64,000 nucleotides of DNA, taken from assembly GCA_001604065.1 (NCBI GenBank), contig LVAO01000012.1:45571-109570 (forward strand), written 5' to 3'. The notes beneath the pieces were generated by a model that worked only from the letters and a program-made list of their open reading frames with translations, did not search any database and was not told the DNA's origin. Position 1 is the first letter of the stretch. Each line of letters opens with the position of its first letter. A program made the position numbers and the translations under genes. Below are positions 61,209-64,000 of the stretch, piece after piece. Source of the stretch: Clostridiales bacterium Firm_09 (GTDB taxonomy: Bacteria; Bacillota; Clostridia; Christensenellales; DTU072).

Positions 61209-62093
61209 CTAACCGAGAATATGAATCTCGGGCTCCAGCTCTATCTTGTATTCGTTGTAGACCATCGACTGAGCAAGTCCCATAAGGGACAGATAGTCCC
61301 TTGCCGTTCCTCCGCCCAGATTGACAATAAAATTTGCGTGTTTTGCGCTGATGGCGGCGTTCCCTATCCTAAAGCCTTTTAATCCCACAGTTTCTATCAG
61401 ATATCCCGCGGCAAAGGCCAAAGGATTTTTGAAGACACTGCCAAGGGACGGTTCTCCGGGCTGTTTTTTGAGCCGGTCTTCACAGCAGTGCCTATGCAGC
61501 GCCCGGTCATAACCGTCCTGAAACCGGAACGTTGCGGCATAAATAATATTGTATTGAAACGCATCTCCGCTGCTCCTATAGGAAAACGGGATATCCGTCC
61601 TGTCTTTTTTTGAAACTTCCAGATTTCTGGCATCCAGTATCTCCGCTTGTGTCAGGAGACCCGCAATTTCTTTTCCATACGCTCCCGCGTTCATGCGGAC
61701 CGCGCCTCCGACCGTCGCCGGTATCCCGGAGAGCGCTTCCATTCCGCCTAAATCATGTTTTGCCGCAAATGCCGCCAAGCTCGATAGCGTTTCACCCGCA
61801 TAAGCGGTCACAAAAGATCCCGATTGCGAGATGCCCTTCAAACGGGTGGTACGGATGACCGCTCCCGGATATCCGCTGTCCGGCACCAGACAATTGGAGC
61901 CCGCACCCAACAGGGTATACGGCACTCCGGCATATTTTATCTCAGCAAGTGCTGTTTTTATTTCGTCAACACTCTTTGGACAGATGACAAGCGCCAGATT
62001 TCCTCCGCCCCGATAGGACGAAACGGTTCTTCCCTCCACATCAACAAAATATTCTATGTCTGCATCGTGCAGACGGCGCTTTAATTTTTCCAT
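61209..62093 (-). CDS. murB: UDP-N-acetylenolpyruvoylglucosamine reductase
   Basis: The ORF track gives 61209..62147 (TTG). ATG 62093 (MEKLKRRL) lies just after the upstream stop. The protein has an FAD-binding PCMH domain, GAGSN, and the C-terminal motif GSVFKNP. Confidence 0.92.
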   Translation of the reverse strand: MEKLKRRLHDADIEYFVDVEGRTVSSYRGGGNLALVICPKSVDEIKTALAEIKYAGVPYTLLGAGSNCLVPDSGYPGAVIRTTRLKGISQSGSFVTAYAGETLSSLAAFAAKHDLGGMEALSGIPATVGGAVRMNAGAYGKEIAGLLTQAEILDARNLEVSKKDRTDIPFSYRSSGDAFQYNIIYAATFRFQDGYDRALHRHCCEDRLKKQPGEPSLGSVFKNPLAFAAGYLIETVGLKGFRIGNAAISAKHANFIVNLGGGTARDYLSLMGLAQSMVYNEYKIELEPEIHILG

Positions 62094-62100
62094 TATTATA

Positions 62101-63066
62101 TCACCCCCGAAGAGAAATTTCAACCCTTCTCTTTTTGAACCGCACAAATAAGAGCCTCACCAACCCCGCGCAGGATAATGCGGCTCCGAGCACGCCGATG
62201 ACCGGATAAACCGTATTGACGATGGCTGTGAATCCAAAAATTGCCGCAATCCAGCCGGCTCCCAATAACAAAAGCACAGGAATCGGCTTATCCGAAGAAG
62301 CAAGCGAAAGCGCGCCGGCCATTGTCGTGAGAATTGCAAGGTAAACAAGTATGCTGCCTATCCATTCCAGATGCAGACTCTTCGCAACGACCAACAACGG
62401 CATAGCCTCGTCCTCAAGGCCTCTGATTGACAAATACACCGGCAAAATCAGCATGGCAAGCAGAACCGCAACAGCTGCCGCGCAAAACAAGGATTCCTTT
62501 TTTGTTATATCCTTTGCAAGCTTTGCTGTCAGCAACCCGCAGGAAAGCATATTCATGGCGGCATACAAAAGCGGCGAAATCAATCCGAAAGCTCCCAAAC
62601 TTTTTTCGTATCCCGATACGTTGAAAAAAATAAACAGAATCATGGCGGCAATCAGCGGAACGATTGCCGTATTCAGATTCTTTATTTTTTCTACGCCTCC
62701 CAGGACAATCGCGGCGGCAAAAATACCGCTCAGAATGCCGCCTCCGGCAAAACCCAGCGCATCCTTTATGATGTATTCTGCGCCGGCCAGCATGGCGGCA
62801 AAAACAGCGAAGTTGGCCCCCGCCAGCAGAATTTCCCATACCTTGCTCGTTTTTGGAAAGATTGCCTTGAGCGGCTCACCTTCCGATATTCTTCCGAGTT
62901 CCAAAAAAATATAGGCCATCGCTCCGCAGAAGACAACGGATAAGACGGGCACAATCAAATTTGCTCCTCCGAAGAAAAGGGCGATTTCCCTTCCCGACGC
63001 AAAGCCGGCACCGATGAAGGTGCCGACAAAAGCAAAGACAATTTTCAGGCTGTTGCCGAAGCGCAT
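62101..63066 (-). CDS. ykvI: YkvI family membrane protein (transporter-like)
   Basis: 321 aa with N-terminus FAFVGTFIGAGFASGREIALFF, typical of YkvI. There are about 10 TM segments. Confidence 0.7.
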   Translation of the reverse strand: MRFGNSLKIVFAFVGTFIGAGFASGREIALFFGGANLIVPVLSVVFCGAMAYIFLELGRISEGEPLKAIFPKTSKVWEILLAGANFAVFAAMLAGAEYIIKDALGFAGGGILSGIFAAAIVLGGVEKIKNLNTAIVPLIAAMILFIFFNVSGYEKSLGAFGLISPLLYAAMNMLSCGLLTAKLAKDITKKESLFCAAAVAVLLAMLILPVYLSIRGLEDEAMPLLVVAKSLHLEWIGSILVYLAILTTMAGALSLASSDKPIPVLLLLGAGWIAAIFGFTAIVNTVYPVIGVLGAALSCAGLVRLLFVRFKKRRVEISLRG

Positions 63067-63129
63067 AATAAAATATATTATGCGTATGCGTCAAATAGCA
63101 CATCGCAAAGCCGTGTGCCGGCAGGACCG

Positions 63130-63918
63130 TCAGTACATCCGCTTAATAATTTTTTCCGCCAGCGCCACGATGAGATACATTGCGGTCGCGAGGACGCACA
63201 GAAGTATGGTGGAGGCCATCACCAGATCCAATTTGAAAATCTGCGAGCCGTATACGAGAAGATATCCGATGCCTTCCCGTGATACGAGGTATTCTCCCAT
63301 GATCGTCCCTACCCAGCTCAGACCAACGTTGATTTTCAACACCGACACCAGGGTGGGAATGTTTCCCGGAAGCACCAGTTTATACAGAATTTGAAATTTA
63401 TTCGCCTTCATTGATTGAAGAAGCTGCATTTTTCCTTTTTCTATGGATAAAAATCCCGTCAGCATACTGATGATCGTAATGATTATGCAAATGAGAAGAG
63501 CCATAACGATAATCGCTTTTTTGCCGGCGCCCGCCCAGATAATAATCAGCGGCCCCAAAGCAATCTTCGGGAGGGCGTTCAATACAATGATATACGGCTC
63601 CAGGATTCTTCTTATGGTCTCATTCCACCATAAAATCACGGCAATCAGCGTGCCGAGAAATGTAGAAAGCGCAAAGCTGAGCATGGTTTCGGCAAGCGTT
63701 GCCTTCATATGGATAAAAAGTGCGTCGGACAGATAAAGGTTATAGATTGAATTTATGACGCGCGAAGGTGAGCTGGTTAAAAACGGATCAATGATTTCAT
63801 AATATGCAAACAGCTCCCACAATCCAAAAAAGAGGAGAAGAAGCCCTGCCTGAGCAAGTTTGATAAGCATGCTTCTGCGTTTTAATCTTCTCAGATATTC
63901 TTTGTGCTCTTCAGACAT
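63130..63918 (-). CDS. ABC transporter permease (NitT/TauT, SsuC-like family)
   Basis: The ORF track gives 63130..63975 (GTG). ATG 63918 follows GAGG and overlaps the upstream stop. The EAA-loop region is LLQSMKANKFQILYKLVLPGNIP. Confidence 0.85.
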   Translation of the reverse strand: MSEEHKEYLRRLKRRSMLIKLAQAGLLLLFFGLWELFAYYEIIDPFLTSSPSRVINSIYNLYLSDALFIHMKATLAETMLSFALSTFLGTLIAVILWWNETIRRILEPYIIVLNALPKIALGPLIIIWAGAGKKAIIVMALLICIIITIISMLTGFLSIEKGKMQLLQSMKANKFQILYKLVLPGNIPTLVSVLKINVGLSWVGTIMGEYLVSREGIGYLLVYGSQIFKLDLVMASTILLCVLATAMYLIVALAEKIIKRMY

Positions 63919-64000
63919 AAGTAACCTCAAGATCGGACCATATTTTTTTGAAATACTCCGCAAAACCTTTTTCACGCCGCTGCAGAGGAGATAAAGCTTT
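63911..64000 (-). CDS. 3' end (29 codons) of an upstream ORF, probably the cognate ABC ATP-binding protein
   Basis: My translation is ...KALSPLQRREKGFAEYFKKIWSDLEVTYV*, with stop TGA at 63913-63911 overlapping the permease ATG. The product is inferred only from operon logic. Confidence 0.35.
   Translation of the reverse strand, partial: KALSPLQRREKGFAEYFKKIWSDLEVTYV

Overview
This window reads as a Firmicutes (Clostridia-like) chromosomal segment. About 50 genes are present and almost all lie on the minus strand. All protein-family calls come from reading the translations and recalling family motifs; no database search was run, so they are hypotheses of graded confidence.

The backbone is housekeeping and is colinear with the well-known Bacillus subtilis gene order. 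Read along the minus strand from high to low coordinates it runs: rpmF, plsX-rnc, smc-ftsY, ylxM-ffh-rpsP-khpA-rimM-trmD, rbgA-rnhB-yraN, comM-dprA-topA-trmFO-hslV-hslU, then hisS. To the right of rpmF are ackA-pta and tmcAL(ylbM). Further right are comEB, ylbJ, crh, whiA, murB, ykvI and an ABC transporter.

Three accessory blocks interrupt this backbone:
- Block 1 (9.25-11.54 kb) is a 761-aa protein with a lipoprotein signal, a CBM-like ectodomain and a GT-C-like polytopic region. It sits next to a displaced rplS.
- Block 2 (22.3-36.4 kb) sits exactly between rnc and smc. It holds a 3,776-aa BspA-type leucine-rich-repeat lipoprotein, a divergent 708-aa membrane-anchored lyase-like protein, and a repeat-bearing non-coding boundary.
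- Block 3 (42.3-57.3 kb) lies between tmcAL and ylbJ. It is a tightly packed four-gene cassette: a 3,746-aa repeat protein with a C-terminal TM anchor, a 567-aa single-pass protein, and two polytopic membrane proteins with no motif I recognise.

The two giant genes together occupy about 35% of the window. Neither has a sortase (LPXTG) signal. I saw no transposase, integrase, tRNA, rRNA or CRISPR array.

The most interesting candidate for an undescribed system is the block 3 cassette, a possible sortase-independent display or anchoring module for a giant adhesin. Second is the 17-fold periodic PF(V/I)G...GYLFG...YY-IP module embedded in the giant LRR protein.
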